Origin: Octopus bimaculoides
Lineage: Eukaryota
Direction: 5' to 3'
Length of the DNA stretch: 64,000 bases
Assembly: GCF_001194135.2 (NCBI RefSeq)
Contig: NC_068984.1
Location: 119,334,594-119,398,593 of the forward strand
Shown: positions 51,445-63,640 of the stretch, in pieces
How positions within the stretch are numbered: position 1 is the first letter of the stretch
How the letters are laid out: every line of letters starts with the position of its first letter
The notes under the pieces: model-generated
Database searches by the model: none
What the model was told of the DNA's origin: nothing
What the model saw: the letters and a program-made list of their open reading frames with translations, nothing else
Translations under genes and position numbers: made by a program

Positions 51445-53089
51445 NNNNNNNNNNNNNNNNNNNNNNNNNNNNNNNNNNNNNNNNNNNNNNNNNNNNNNNN
51501 NNNNNNNNNNNNNNNNNNNNNNNNNNNNNNNNNNNNNNNNNNNNNNNNNNNNNNNNNNNNNNNNNNNNNNNNNNNNNNNNNNNNNNNNNNNNNNNNNNNN
51601 NNNNNNNNNNNNNNNNNNNNNNNNNNNNNNNNNNNNNNNNNNNNNNNNNNNNNNNNNNNNNNNNNNNNNNNNNNNNNNNNNNNNNNNNNNNNNNNNNNNN
51701 NNNNNNNNNNNNNNNNNNNNNNNNNNNNNNNNNNNNNNNNNNNNNNNNNNNNNNNNNNNNNNNNNNNNNNNNNNNNNNNNNNNNNNNNNNNNNNNNNNNN
51801 NNNNNNNNNNNNNNNNNNNNNNNNNNNNNNNNNNNNNNNNNNNNNNNNNNNNNNNNNNNNNNNNNNNNNNNNNNNNNNNNNNGTATATGTATGTATATGT
51901 GTGTGTTTTTATGTCTGTCCCCCACCAGTGTCTGACAACCTGTGCTGATGTGTTTACATCCCCTGTAACTTAGTGGTTTTGCATAAAGAGACCAATACAA
52001 TAAATACCAGGCTTAAAAAAAGTACTGGGGTTGATCATTCAGCTAAAAAATTCTTCAAGGCAGCGCTCCAGCATGGATGCAGTCTAATGATTGAAACAAG
52101 TAAAAGATAAAAGATATTACTCAGAAAGTATGAAACAAGGGCAAACTAAAAGTTTGAAAACAAATACAACTACGGATGTTTAAGACAAACTTATGAAAAT
52201 GCTTTGGACAAGCAAAGGGTTAATCAATCGTATCAACCCCAGTACATATTTTAAGTCTGTCCTTTGTTTTATCAGTCTCTTTTTATCAAACTGCTAGGTT
52301 ATAGGGTTGTGAATAAATCAAAATTGTTGTCAAGCAGTGAGACATGAACACAAATACACTTATATATACAAAGCTATGTTAGTATATACATAGTGAGTTC
52401 AAACAAGAAAAACGACAAGAAAAAACAACAAAAACAACAACGCGAGGACGTGATACAGATATTGTGTTANNNNNNNNNNAAATTTAGGATTTCTCGGTTT
52501 TCTGTGAATTGATTTTGATAAAACTTTTCACAGCTGGTTTGCACACTACGGCAATGCCATTGCTATGTTTTCATTATTCTGTGTAACATCCTTTCTTTTT
52601 TTTATTTCAGATTCTTCAGTTTTTGGGTGAACCACACTAATAGCTTTTGAATGAAAATAGCCCCTCTAGACATTTTTTTTTTTCAGAAAATGAAGGGTAA
52701 TGATACATATTAAGCGTACATTGAGTATATATTTAACAGAAAACCCAAATATTCTTTTATTCTTTTATGTGTTTCAGTCATGTGGGTGTGGTCATGCTGG
52801 AGCACCATATATATATAGTAAAGTTACCTATTTATTTTTTTAAATTTATGATTACCTAAAAAGCTCTGTAGCGGCTCCTATTTCAGGATCAATAATTTTG
52901 GTTAGAGCTTTATTAAAGTTAGGAGGTTATGGAGTTATATGTTTTATAATTTATAAAGTTTATCAAATGTATTTGAATATATTTACTATTTATCTACAAA
53001 TAGCCTGTCACAGTAGTTTGATAAATATATATGTGGCTTGTGTGTATATGTGTGTGTGTGTATGTACATATACAAACATGCATAGATAC

Positions 53090-53120
<31 letters not shown>

Positions 53121-53352
53121 TGTATGTATGTATGTATGTATGTATGTATGTATGTGTGTATGTATGTCTGAATGCATGCATACATGTATGCATTTATGTA
53201 TACATCGGTAACATCATCTACTAAACGGAAATACAAGTTAACTGTAACTTCAAAGTTTCACTGGTTATGTATGCATGAGGTAGAAAAATTGAAATTTAAA
53301 CTTCACCTGAATTTCTCATGCATACAAAAAGAGAAAGAGAAAGCAAAAAAGT

Positions 53353-53386
<34 letters not shown>

Positions 53387-54468
53387 NNNNNNNNNNNNNN
53401 NNNNNNNNNNNNNNNNNNNNNNNNNNNNNNNNNNNNNNNNNNNNNNNNNNNNNNNNNNNNNNNNNNNNNNNNNNNNNNNNNNNNNNNNNNNNNNNNNNNN
53501 NNNNNNNNNNNNNNNNNNNNNNNNNNNNNNNNNNNNNNNNNNNNNNNNNNNNNNNNNNNNNNNNNNNNNNNNNNNNNNNNNNNNNNNNNNNNNNNNNNNN
53601 NNNNNNNNNNNNNNNNNNNNNNNNNNNNNNNNNNNNNNNNNNNNNNNNNNNNNNNNNNNNNNNNNNNNNNNNNNNNNNNNNNNNNNNNNNNNNNNNNNNN
53701 NNNNNNNNNNNNNNNNNNNNNNNNNNNNNNNNNNNNNNNNNNNNNNNNNNNNNNNNNNNNNNNNNNNNNNNNNNNNNNNNNNNNNNNNNNNNNNNNNNNN
53801 NNNNNNNNNNNNNNNNNNNNNNNNNNNNNNNNNNNNNNNNNNNNNNNNNNNNNNNNNNNNNNNNNNNNNNNNNNNNNNNNNNNNNNNNNNNNNNNNNNNN
53901 NNNNNNNNNNNNNNNNNNNNNNNNNNNNNNNNNNNNNNNNNNNNNNNNNNNNNNNNNNNNNNNNNNNNNNNNNNNNNNNNNNNNNNNNNNNNNNNNNNNN
54001 NNNNNNNNNNNNNNNNNNNNNNNNNNNNNNNNNNNNNNNNNNNNNNNNNNNNNNNNNNNNNNNNNNNNNNNNNNNNNNNNNNNNNNNNNNNNNNNNNNNN
54101 NNNNNNNNNNNNNNNNNNNNNNNNNNNNNNNNNNNNNNNNNNNNNNCAACATGATGTGAGGAAAAGGAAAGCAGATTCAAGCGGAAAATAGTGGGTGGAT
54201 GGGTAGATGGGTGGGCCAAGGGGGTTTCTGCCATATTCTTCTTCCAAGACTGTGAAACTGCTTTAATATATTTATCTAGTTTTTATGACTATGCTGGAGC
54301 ACCACCTCAAGGGACATAGTTGAACAAATCAACCCCAGTACTTTTTTTTTTTGTCAAAATTTGATACTTATTCTATCAGTCTCTTTTGCCAAACTGGTAG
54401 GTTACAGGTATGTAAACAGACAAAACACCAGTTGTCAAGCAGTTGGTGAGGGACAGACAGACAGACAG

Positions 54469-54501
<33 letters not shown>

Positions 54502-54512
54502 TATAAAAAAGG

Positions 54513-54815
54513 TAAAGACCCCCTTTGGTCATGAATGATCATGGGATTGCACCTAGAAAGTTCCCCTCCGAGACACAAGTCCGGGCAAGCTTGTTTATAG
54601 AAGACCATGCCCATATACATACCAGCCTCTCCTCTCCATGTCCCCAGTGTTATCCAAGGGAAAGACAAAGGCTGATACAGCCTGACACCAGTGTCATTGC
54701 AACTCATTTCTACAGCTGAGAGAACTTGCGCAACACACAGCCTGATCTGGGAATCAAATTCACTACCCCATGATTGTGATCCTGATGCTCTAACTACTGA
54801 GCCATGTGCCTTCAT
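54513..54815 (-). mobile_element. SINE family D
   Basis: Reverse complement of 27241-27577, with a short internal deletion. Confidence 0.8.
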
Positions 54816-54915
54816 TTATTCAATAACAGTTTAATTCAGCTGTATGCAACTTAAAGTTTTGTGTAACTCCTACCAGCTATGTTGAGTGCTACTTTCTTTT
54901 ATTGGTCCACTGACT

Positions 54916-54959
<44 letters not shown>

Positions 54960-54989
54960 AATGTAAATATGAACATAAAAAAATAAATA

Positions 54990-55245
54990 AATAAATGCGC
55001 CCTTTTAAAGCCTAGCCAGGCTCATGGGCCCGGTTTCCCAGTTTCAATGGCGTATGTGTTCCTCAGCTGGACGGGACGCCAGTCCATCACAGCGTTACTC
55101 ATTTTTGCCAGCTGAGTGGACTGAAGCAATGTGAAATGAAGTGTTTTGCTCAAGAACACAATGCGTCGCCCGGTCCAGGAATCGAAACCACAATCTTAAG
55201 ATCATGATGCTGATGCCCTAACCACTAAGCCACGTGCCTCCACAA
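54990..55245 (-). mobile_element. SINE family D variant with a different 3' tail (also ~38750-38975)
   Basis: Same tRNA head and GTGTTCTTGAGCAAAACACTT core as family D, followed by an unrelated tail. Confidence 0.7.
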
Positions 55246-55681
55246 ATATAGATATAGATATATATTAGAAGAAGAGAATCAAATGAAATTTGTTGAGGTA
55301 AATTTTTTTTATGGTTGGATGCTCTTCCTGTTGCCAACCTTCATCTATTTCCACAAAGTAAGATTTCTCCTAATCCTTTGAACACAAACAGCACAATGTT
55401 TCCATGGAAGATTACAAAGAAATTACACTGTTTCTAACAATTACCATATGTCACGAACCCATGAACACATACACACTCATACATGTATAGCTGCTATTGT
55501 TGTCATGTTGTCATCACATTGTCAGCATCATCTACATGCCTGCACCTATAAAAATTACTAAATGTGACTTAAGGTAAATAGTCCTCATTTTCAGTATATA
55601 ATGTTTAGTCTCCATCTTATAATAATTTTGCTTGTCATTGCGTTACTTAGCCTGTCGGTAATGCTTTCATGTGATTAGAGA

Positions 55682-55876
55682 AAAAGAGGGAGAGAGAAAA
55701 GAGGGAGAGAGAAAAGAGGGAGAGAGAAAAGAGGGAGAGAGAAAAAAGGGAGAGAGAAAAGAGGGAGAGAGAAAAGAGGGAGAGAGAAAAGAGGGAGAGA
55801 GAAAAAGGGAGAGAGAAAAGAGGGAGAGAGAAAAGAGGGAGAGAGAAAAGAGGGAGAGAGAAAAGAGGGAGAGAGA
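55682..55876. repeat. 15-bp pure-purine minisatellite (AAAAGAGGGAGAGAG) x~13
   Basis: Read directly; it produces the spurious KEGER and SPSFL ORFs. Confidence 0.95.
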
Positions 55877-56497
55877 AGCGTCCATGACGTGAGATAGAGG
55901 GAATGTAATTGTAACACTTTCACATGATTAGCTGAAGGGAAAGAGAGAGAGTAAAAGGGAGAAAGAAAAGGAGAAAAAGAGGATAAGGCGAAGAGACAGA
56001 AAGAAAGAGGAAGAAAAAGAGGGAGAGAGAAGTGTCCATGATGTGAAGTATTGGGGGACATAGTATTTATTACATGGTTAAAAAAGTTAGTTGAAAGTAA
56101 TAGAGTTAAAAATATAATTTTAGCATAGGGGTGATGTGCTGATGGTGAGGTTAAAGAAAGGCAGAGAGAGGGGAGAGAGAGGGGAGAGAGATGGTGGTGG
56201 AGATGGAGGTAGTGGTGGTGGTGAGTGAATAGTGAAAAGTATATTCTTTTTGATTGAACTAAGTTTTTCATATCACCTGTCACTTAATGCATGTGCATAA
56301 GTGCAATTCTGTGAAATATTCACGCTTATTTATGTGACAGATATATGCAATTTAACTAAAGTTTGTATCATAGGTATGGGGTATTTTTGGGGTGGGGGTG
56401 GGGGGTTTATGGGGGAAAATGGATAAGTTAAAGTGAATATTTATTTTATGAGTGCTGTGTATAAAGTCTATAAACGTATGCATAAAGTATATAAAGT

Positions 56498-56885
56498 GGC
56501 AGGAGCGGCTGTGTGGTAAGTAGCTTGCTTACCGACCACATGGTTCCGGGTTCAGTCCCACTGCGTGGCACCTTGGGCAAGTGTCTTCAACTATAGCCTC
56601 GGGCCGACCAAAGCCTTGTGAGTGGATTTGGTAGACGGAAACTGAAAGAAGCCTGTCGTATATATGTATATGTATATATATGTGTGTCTGTGTTTGTCCC
56701 CCCACCATCGCTTGACAACCGATGCTGGTGTGTTTATGTCCCCGTAACTTAGCGGTTCGGCAAAAAGAGACCGATAGAATAAGTACTGGGTTTACAGGGA
56801 ATAAGTCCTGGGGTTCATTTTCTCGACTAAAGGCGGTGCTCCAGCATGGCCGCAGTCAAATGACTGAAACAAGTAGAAGAGTAAT
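56498..56885 (+). mobile_element. SINE family B, young full-length copy
   Basis: Intact head, CpG-rich body and tail; possible short TSD ATAAAGT (56491-56497 / 56884-56890). Confidence 0.9.
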
Positions 56886-57104
56886 AAAGTGTATTAAGAA
56901 ATCATCATATTCAAATTTCTTTCACTTTTCAATAAGTAGCAGACAAGCAACTATCTTTCCATATAGGCACATCGCAGGTTACACTTTCAGGTTTTTTTGG
57001 ATAAAGTTTTCAAAAATAACCAAATAGCTTTACCATTAATTCCATGAAATATTCACAGATCCCACTAGTTGTTCACTAATTCTGCTAACTTGCTACCCTT
57101 CAGT

Positions 57105-57835
57105 TACTCTTTTACTTGTTTCAGTCATCTGACTGCGGCCATGCTGGAGCACCGCCTTTAGTCGAGCAAATAGACCCCAGGACTTATTCTTTGTAAGCCT
57201 AGTACTTATTCTATCGGTCTCTTTTGCCGAACCGCTAAGTTACAGGGACGTAAACACACCACCATTGGTTGTCAAGCGATGTTGGGGGGACAAACACAGA
57301 CACACAAACACACACATATATACAACGGGCTTCTTTCAGTTTCCGTCTACCAAATCTACTCATAAGGCTTTGGTCAGCCCAAGGCTATAGTAGAAGACAC
57401 TTGCCCAAGGTGCCACGCAGTGGGACTGAATCCGGAACTATGTGGTTGGTAAGCAAGCTACTTACNNNNNNNNNNCTGACTGCGGCCATGCTGGAGCACC
57501 GCCTTTAGTCGAGCAAATAGACCCCAGGACTTATTCTTTGTAAGCCTAGTACTTATTCTATCGGTCTCTTTTGCCGAACCGCTAAGTTACAGGGACGTAA
57601 ACACACCACCATTGGTTGTCAAGCGATGTTGGGGGGACAAACACAGACACACAAACACACACATATATACAACGGGCTTCTTTCAGTTTCCGTCTACCAA
57701 ATCTACTCATAAGGCTTTGGTCAGCCCAAGGCTATAGTAGAAGACACTTGCCCAAGGTGCCACGCAGTGGGACTGAATCCGGAACTATGTGGTTGGTAAG
57801 CAAGCTACTTACCACACAGCCACTCTTGCGCCTAT
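57105..57835 (-). mobile_element. SINE family B, young copy, present twice across a 10-N contig join (probably one copy)
   Basis: 57127-57465 is identical to 57476-57814, separated by 10 N. Confidence 0.85.
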
Positions 57836-58213
57836 GTTATGCATTATATCAAAGTAAAAATTAAAGTATGTCAATAACTCTGAAGAAACAGTTATTATGT
57901 CACCATCAAAGACTGACTTTATTTTCACATGATATATTGGAGATAAATCACAAGGCATTATGCAGCTCTCTCTTTCTCTCAAGGCCAGGCTCATGAGAAT
58001 GTCAGGATTACCAAAAATATGAAATATAAGGAATGAAATGGCTTGACATGCTTGAAACTTGTTAAAAAGTTTGCTTCCCAATCACAAGACTCTGGGTTCT
58101 GTCCCACTGCATGGCACTTTGAGCAAATGTCTTCTGCTATAGCTTTGGGCTGACCTAAAGCCTTGTGAGTGGATTTGGTAGACAGAAACTGAAAGAAGCC
58201 CGTTGTATCTATA

Positions 58214-58250
<37 letters not shown>

Positions 58251-58849
58251 CTCATCCCACCACTTGACAACTGGTGTTGGTGTGTTTACATCCCTGTAAC
58301 TTAGCAATTTGGCAATGCAGGCTTTACAAAAAATAATAAGTACTGAGGTCAATTCGGTTAACTAAATTTCTTCAAAGTGGTGCCCCAGCATGGCCACAAT
58401 CTAATGACCGAATTGAGTAAAAGATAAAAGATAACAGGTAAATCAGGTGCAGTCATGACTCTATGGTAAGAAGCATGCTTCCTGACCACATGGTTCTGGG
58501 TCCAGTCCCATTGTGTGGCATCTTGGGTAAGCATCTGCTATAGCCTATGTGAATGGACTTGGTAGTTGGAAACTGAAATAACCCTGTTTTATATTTGTGT
58601 GTCTTCTACCTGACTGACTGCTGTCAAACTATCCAACCCATGCCAGCATTGAAGGTGGATGTTAAATGATGATGATGATGATGATGATGATGATACACAT
58701 ATGTATACACATACCCCATTGTGTACATGTTTGTGTGTGTATGTATATATATATATATAGAAGTAATTGTCCCTTTGCTATCACCACTAGATAAGAAACA
58801 ATAAAATCTGAGACAGTTAAAACTTTTGTCTAGAATCAATTACTAGCCT

Positions 58850-59365
58850 GATAGACTCGGCTACGTCAAGATGGACTTATGTATTCTTCCTCACATTTGG
58901 ATTTTTATGTATTCTCTCTCCCACTCGGATTTGAAATGTTGCCACATTTATAATATGTCTTTTCTACAGTAATTTTTCTGCATTTTCGTGCAGCTGAAGA
59001 GGGCTCTTCATATTGCATTTAAGGTAATGCTCGCATTACTTAAATAAATTGAAGTAGCATGAAACGTGCGTACTGCAATCACCTTTGAAATCCGTGTTGC
59101 TTAATCCGTGTTGCCAAATTCAACATATTGATGGCAGACCTCGTCAGAGTAATGCGAAATGTCTCCTGCATGTGCGACCCTACAGAATTAAAGAGACATA
59201 TACAACATTTCGTCCACCGCATGCAGTTCTCAGGTTACAGCCATAAAGAAAGGATCAGGGTATACAAAGGAGCTATGAAGAAGTTTGAAACAATCAAACG
59301 CAACGATAGGAATGGGATTTGCCCACTCTATAGGAGCAAATCATGGAACACCATAGAAAGGACTA
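58850..59365 (+). mobile_element. Penelope-like element: pseudo-LTR with hammerhead, fused to a 5'-truncated RT thumb region
   Basis: ORF ILMADLVRVMRNVSCMCDPTELKRHIQHFVHRMQFSGYSHKERIRVYKGAMKKF...PLYRSKSW contains the PLE post-RT R.Q.SGY and PLYR..W motifs; a 12-bp direct repeat AATCCGTGTTGC (59089-59100, 59103-59114) lies at the junction; runs into a gap. Confidence 0.8.
58989..59077 (+). ncRNA. Type I hammerhead ribozyme motif with extended helix II
   Basis: Helix I UGCAG (58989-93)/CUGCA (59073-77); core CUGAAGA (58994-59000); helix II 59001-59060; GAAA (59061-64); helix III ACG-ug-CGU; cleavage triplet GUA with the cut after 59072. Confidence 0.8.
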
Positions 59366-60748
59366 NNNNNNNNNNNNNNNNNNNNNNNNNNNNNNNNNNN
59401 NNNNNNNNNNNNNNNNNNNNNNNNNNNNNNNNNNNNNNNNNNNNNNNNNNNNNNNNNNNNNNNNNNNNNNNNNNNNNNNNNNNNNNNNNNNNNNNNNNNN
59501 NNNNNNNNNNNNNNNNNNNNNNNNNNNNNNNNNNNNNNNNNNNNNNNNNNNNNNNNNNNNNNNNNNNNNNNNNNNNNNNNNNNNNNNNNNNNNNNNNNNN
59601 NNNNNNNNNNNNNNNNNNNNNNNNNNNNNNNNNNNNNNNNNNNNNNNNNNNNNNNNNNNNNNNNNNNNNNNNNNNNNNNNNNNNNNNNNNNNNNNNNNNN
59701 NNNNNNNNNNNNNNNNNNNNNNNNNNNNNNNNNNNNNNNNNNNNNNNNNNNNNNNNNNNNNNNNNNNNNNNNNNNNNNNNNNNNNNNNNNNNNNNNNNNN
59801 NNNNNNNNNNNNNNNNNNNNNNNNNNNNNNNNNNNNNNNNNNNNNNNNNNNNNNNNNNNNNNNNNNNNNNNNNNNNNNNNNNNNNNNNNNNNNNNNNNNN
59901 NNNNNNNNNNNNNNNNNNNNNNNNNNNNNNNNNNNNNNNNNNNNNNNNNNNNNNNNNNNNNNNNNNNNNTATATATATATACATACATACATACATATGT
60001 GTGTGTGTGTGAAAGTGTGTCTGTGTTTGTCTCCCTCCATCACTTGACAACTGCTGTTGGTTTGTTTATGTTCCTGTAACTAAGCAGTTTAGCAGAAAGG
60101 AGGTCTAATATAGAATAAATACCAGGCTTTAAAAACTATAAGTACAGGGGTTGATTTGTTTGACCAAACCTTTTGAGGTGGAACTCCAGCATGGCCACAG
60201 TCCAATGGCTAAAACAAGTAAAAGAGATTACCTTGCCAGAAGCCTTCCACCATGATACAATGCCCACATCCTTGATGGCGAAACAGCTCCTTAGAAAACA
60301 CTGAGACAAACAATTAAACTAATTTTCACCAAAGTGGCAGGTCTGGTTTAAGTAGTTAGAGGTTATCTAAGAGGATGTTGTTATTTTAGAGTCTTAATCA
60401 TACAAGAGTTTATCAGAATATTTAGTATGACACTATAAACTTTAATTCAGTTGAATGTTGAAATTCTTTGTTTTCTGCTTCTGGCAGAACATGAAATAAT
60501 CCTTAAAGGTTCCAGGATTAAGTTTCACAGAAAAAAATTTAAACCTGGTTACATTATTTGCTTTTAAATGCTTGCATATCACCACATTTGTTTAAATATG
60601 TGCTGGCAAATATGAACATGTTTATACGTGGCTATGAATGTGTGTATATATCAGTGACATATGGTAGTTGTTGTATTGGGTGTGCTGGCACACCCAATAC
60701 CACCAAATTTCAAGCAGGGGTATAACAAAAGTTTTCCATTAAGATTTG

Positions 60749-61005
60749 AGGAATGGCTGTGTGGTAACAACCTTGCTTCAAAACCATGTAGATCTAGGTT
60801 TAGTTTGACTGTGTGGCACCTTGGGCAAGTGTCTTCTTCTATAGCTTTGGGCTGACCAAAGCCTTGTGAGTCTACCAAATCCACTCACAAGGCTTTGGTC
60901 GGCCCAAGGCTATAGTAGAAGACACTTGCCCAAGGTGCCACGCAGTGGGAATGAACCCAGAACCATGTGGTTGGTAAGCAAGCTACTTAGCACACAGCCA
61001 CTCCT
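60749..61005. repeat. Fold-back of two opposed SINE B heads (~120-bp arms, 11-nt loop)
   Basis: The plus-strand copy ends GCCTTGTGAGT at 60871 and the minus-strand copy starts ACTCACAAGGC at 60883. Confidence 0.85.
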
Positions 61006-61014
61006 GCGCCTATG

Positions 61015-61300
61015 TGTGGTATGTGTGGATTCTGAAACAAACCATTCTGCTTGCAATATCAAAGCTGAACTGGTGACCAAGATCAAAGAGGTATTCAAAG
61101 ATCACACCAAGGACACAGTGAGGAATGCATGCACTTGGTTCTGGAGCTGTCTTGAGGTTGTAGTGGAAGCTGAGGGTGGCTACTTTGAGTAAACTGTTAT
61201 TCCCTAGCCATAATCTAGTTGATATTTTTTGATTTTTAAAATACTTTTAATTTGGATGGGATCTTTTATGCAAACTGTCATATTTAGTCCAAACACCCTG
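61015..61300 (+). mobile_element. 3' end of a Tc1/mariner-superfamily transposon (transposase C-terminus + TIR)
   Basis: ETNHSACNIKAELVTKIKEVFKDHTKDTVRNACTWFWSCLEVVVEAEGGYFE* followed by ...GTCCAAACACCCTG|TA; the TIR starts CAGGGTG as at 6654, but it is a different family. Confidence 0.8.
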
Positions 61301-61339
61301 TACGTGTGTGTGTGCGTAGATAGATAGACAGATATATAT

Positions 61340-61652
61340 ATATAAGCTCGCAAGGAATGAAGCCAGTATGCTCCGCTGGATGTGTAATGTAAATGTGCAT
61401 ACCCGTCAGAGTGTAAGTATCTTGAGAGAAAAGCTGAATATAAGAAGCGTCAGTAGTGGTGTGCAAGAGAGACGATTGCGCTGGTTTGGACATGTGGTGA
61501 GAATGAATGAGGATAGCTGCGTGAAAAAGTGCCACTCCCTAACAGTTGAGGGAACCCGTGGAAGAGGTAGGCCCAGGAAGACCTGGGCTGAGGTGGTGAG
61601 GCAAGACCTTCGAACATTGGGCCTCATCGAGACGATGACTACTGACCGAGAC
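61340..61652 (+). mobile_element. RTE ORF C-terminal fragment, well preserved
   Basis: RNEASMLRWMCNVNVHTRQSVSILREKLNIRSVSSGVQERRLRWFGHVVRMNEDSCVKKCHSLTVEGTRGRGRPRKTWAEVV; runs into a gap. Confidence 0.9.
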
Positions 61653-62587
61653 NNNNNNNNNNNNNNNNNNNNNNNNNNNNNNNNNNNNNNNNNNNNNNNN
61701 NNNNNNNNNNNNNNNNNNNNNNNNNNNNNNNNNNNNNNNNNNNNNNNNNNNNNNNNNNNNNNNNNNNNNNNNNNNNNNNNNNNNNNNNNNNNNNNNNNNN
61801 NNNNNNNNNNNNNNNNNNNNNNNNNNNNNNNNNNNNNNNNNNNNNNNNNNNNNNNNNNNNNNNNNNNNNNNNNNNNNNNNNNNNNNNNNNNNNNNNNNNN
61901 NNNNNNNNNNNNNNNNNNNNNNNNNNNNNNNNNNNNNNNNNNNNNNNNNNNNNNNNNNNNNNNNNNNNNNNNNNNNNNNNNNNNNNNNNNNNNNNNNNNN
62001 NNNNNNNNNNNNNNNNNNNNNNNNNNNNNNNNNNNNNNNNNNNNNNNNNNNNNNNNNNNNNNNNNNNNNNNNNNNNNNNNNNNNNNNNNNNNNNNNNNNN
62101 NNNNNNNNNNNNNNNNNNNNNNNNNNNNNNNNNNNNNNNNNNNNNNNNNNNNNNNNNNNNNNNNNNNNNNNNNNNNNNNNNNNNNNNNNNNNNNNNNNNN
62201 NNNNNNNNNNNNNNNNNNNNNNNNNNNNNNNNNNNNNNNNNNNNNNNNNNNNATATATGTACGTATGTGTATATATATGTAGAGAGAGAGAGTACAAAAT
62301 CTATACAACACTGAACTTTCATGTACAACACATGACCCCATGAGCCAAGAAAGAGCCTCGAAGCAGTTGATTGATTCTCAAATCACACCCTAGTCTTAAG
62401 GGAAAAAAAAAAATCAAAAAGAAAGCACTCATTAATGTGGTCTTAATGTAGTCCTTAAAATACTAAGTTTGAATAAGACAGGATGGTCATGGCTGGAATG
62501 CCTTTGATCAAATTTTCTGTCAGTGGGACTAAACAACATACCACTCAACCACACACACACAGACACACACTAAAAAAAACATTTCCC

Positions 62588-63017
62588 GACTTCTCTTTTC
62601 ACTTTCCCTTTTAGAAACACAGTTGTAAAGCAGTGATTGGTTGGTTAGGAACCTGTAATCAATATATATATATATATATATATATCATCATCATCATCAT
62701 CATCATCGTACTTATTTGCTTTTTATTCACCTTGAAGCTGTGCGGATAATACCAAACTGACTTGGTGCCTCAACTAAAGTACCTAATTCAACTGAATCTT
62801 AATTATTTCTTATAATATATATATGCATGTATTATGCATGTGCAAATATATATATGAATGTGTGTATTATTAATGAAGCATATCAAAAACATCAATAAGA
62901 AAACTAAAACCGAAGTCTCTTGAGAACTTTCAAGTCAAATGACTTCTCTTTTCACTTTCCCTTTCAGAAACATAGTTGTAAAGCAGTGATTGGTTGGTTA
63001 GGAACCTGTAATCAATA
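62588..63017. repeat. 77-bp direct repeat (75/77) flanking a 276-bp insert with a (TA)n(CAT)n end
   Basis: 62588-62664 versus 62941-63017. Confidence 0.85.
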
Positions 63018-63396
63018 ATGCAGTTGTCCTGAATTATGAAATGAAATAATGAAATAAGAGTGGCAGTGGGAGTTAATCCATTACAGTCCTCCTTCCAGAA
63101 CTTCAGACCTTATGTTTGTATTTACAATCATTATCATTACTAGAGTCACAGTGACCCTGGGAAAAAAACTCATGGTTGAATGGTTAGCAAACAGGAAGAA
63201 TATTAGGCATAAAAGAAAATGCCCACTCAAAAATAAATCAAACCAGGAGTGGCTGTGTGGTTAAGAAATTTGCTTCCTAACAACATGGTGCCAGATTCAG
63301 TCCCACAATGTACTACCATGGGCAAATATTTTCTACTAAAGCTATGGGCTGCAGTGAATGGAAACTGAAAGAATCCCATCATTTATACGTATAAGG

Positions 63397-63553
63397 CACA
63401 GTCATAGCTGTGTGGTGAGAAGCTTGCTTCACAACCACATGGTTCTGGGTTCAGTCCCACTGCATGGCACCTTGGGCAAGTTTCTTCTATTATATAGTTT
63501 CAGGCTAACCAAATCTTTGTGAGTGGATCTGGTAGACGGAAGTCAAAGAAGCC

Positions 63554-63640
<87 letters not shown>

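Noticed and set aside
55671-55892. KEGER-repeat charged protein ORF
   Set aside because: Translation of a 15-bp purine minisatellite.
57127-57814. Tandem SINE dimer
   Set aside because: Identical copies on either side of a 10-N gap; assembly overlap.
60231-60302. Exon-like segment (ctcag|...GGCAAG|gtaatc, minus) as a missing 5' exon of the BtpA-like gene
   Set aside because: No frame matches the BtpA N-terminal motifs; the plus strand reads AFHHDTMPTSLMAKQLL, which looks more like a decayed mariner HHDNA.PH motif.
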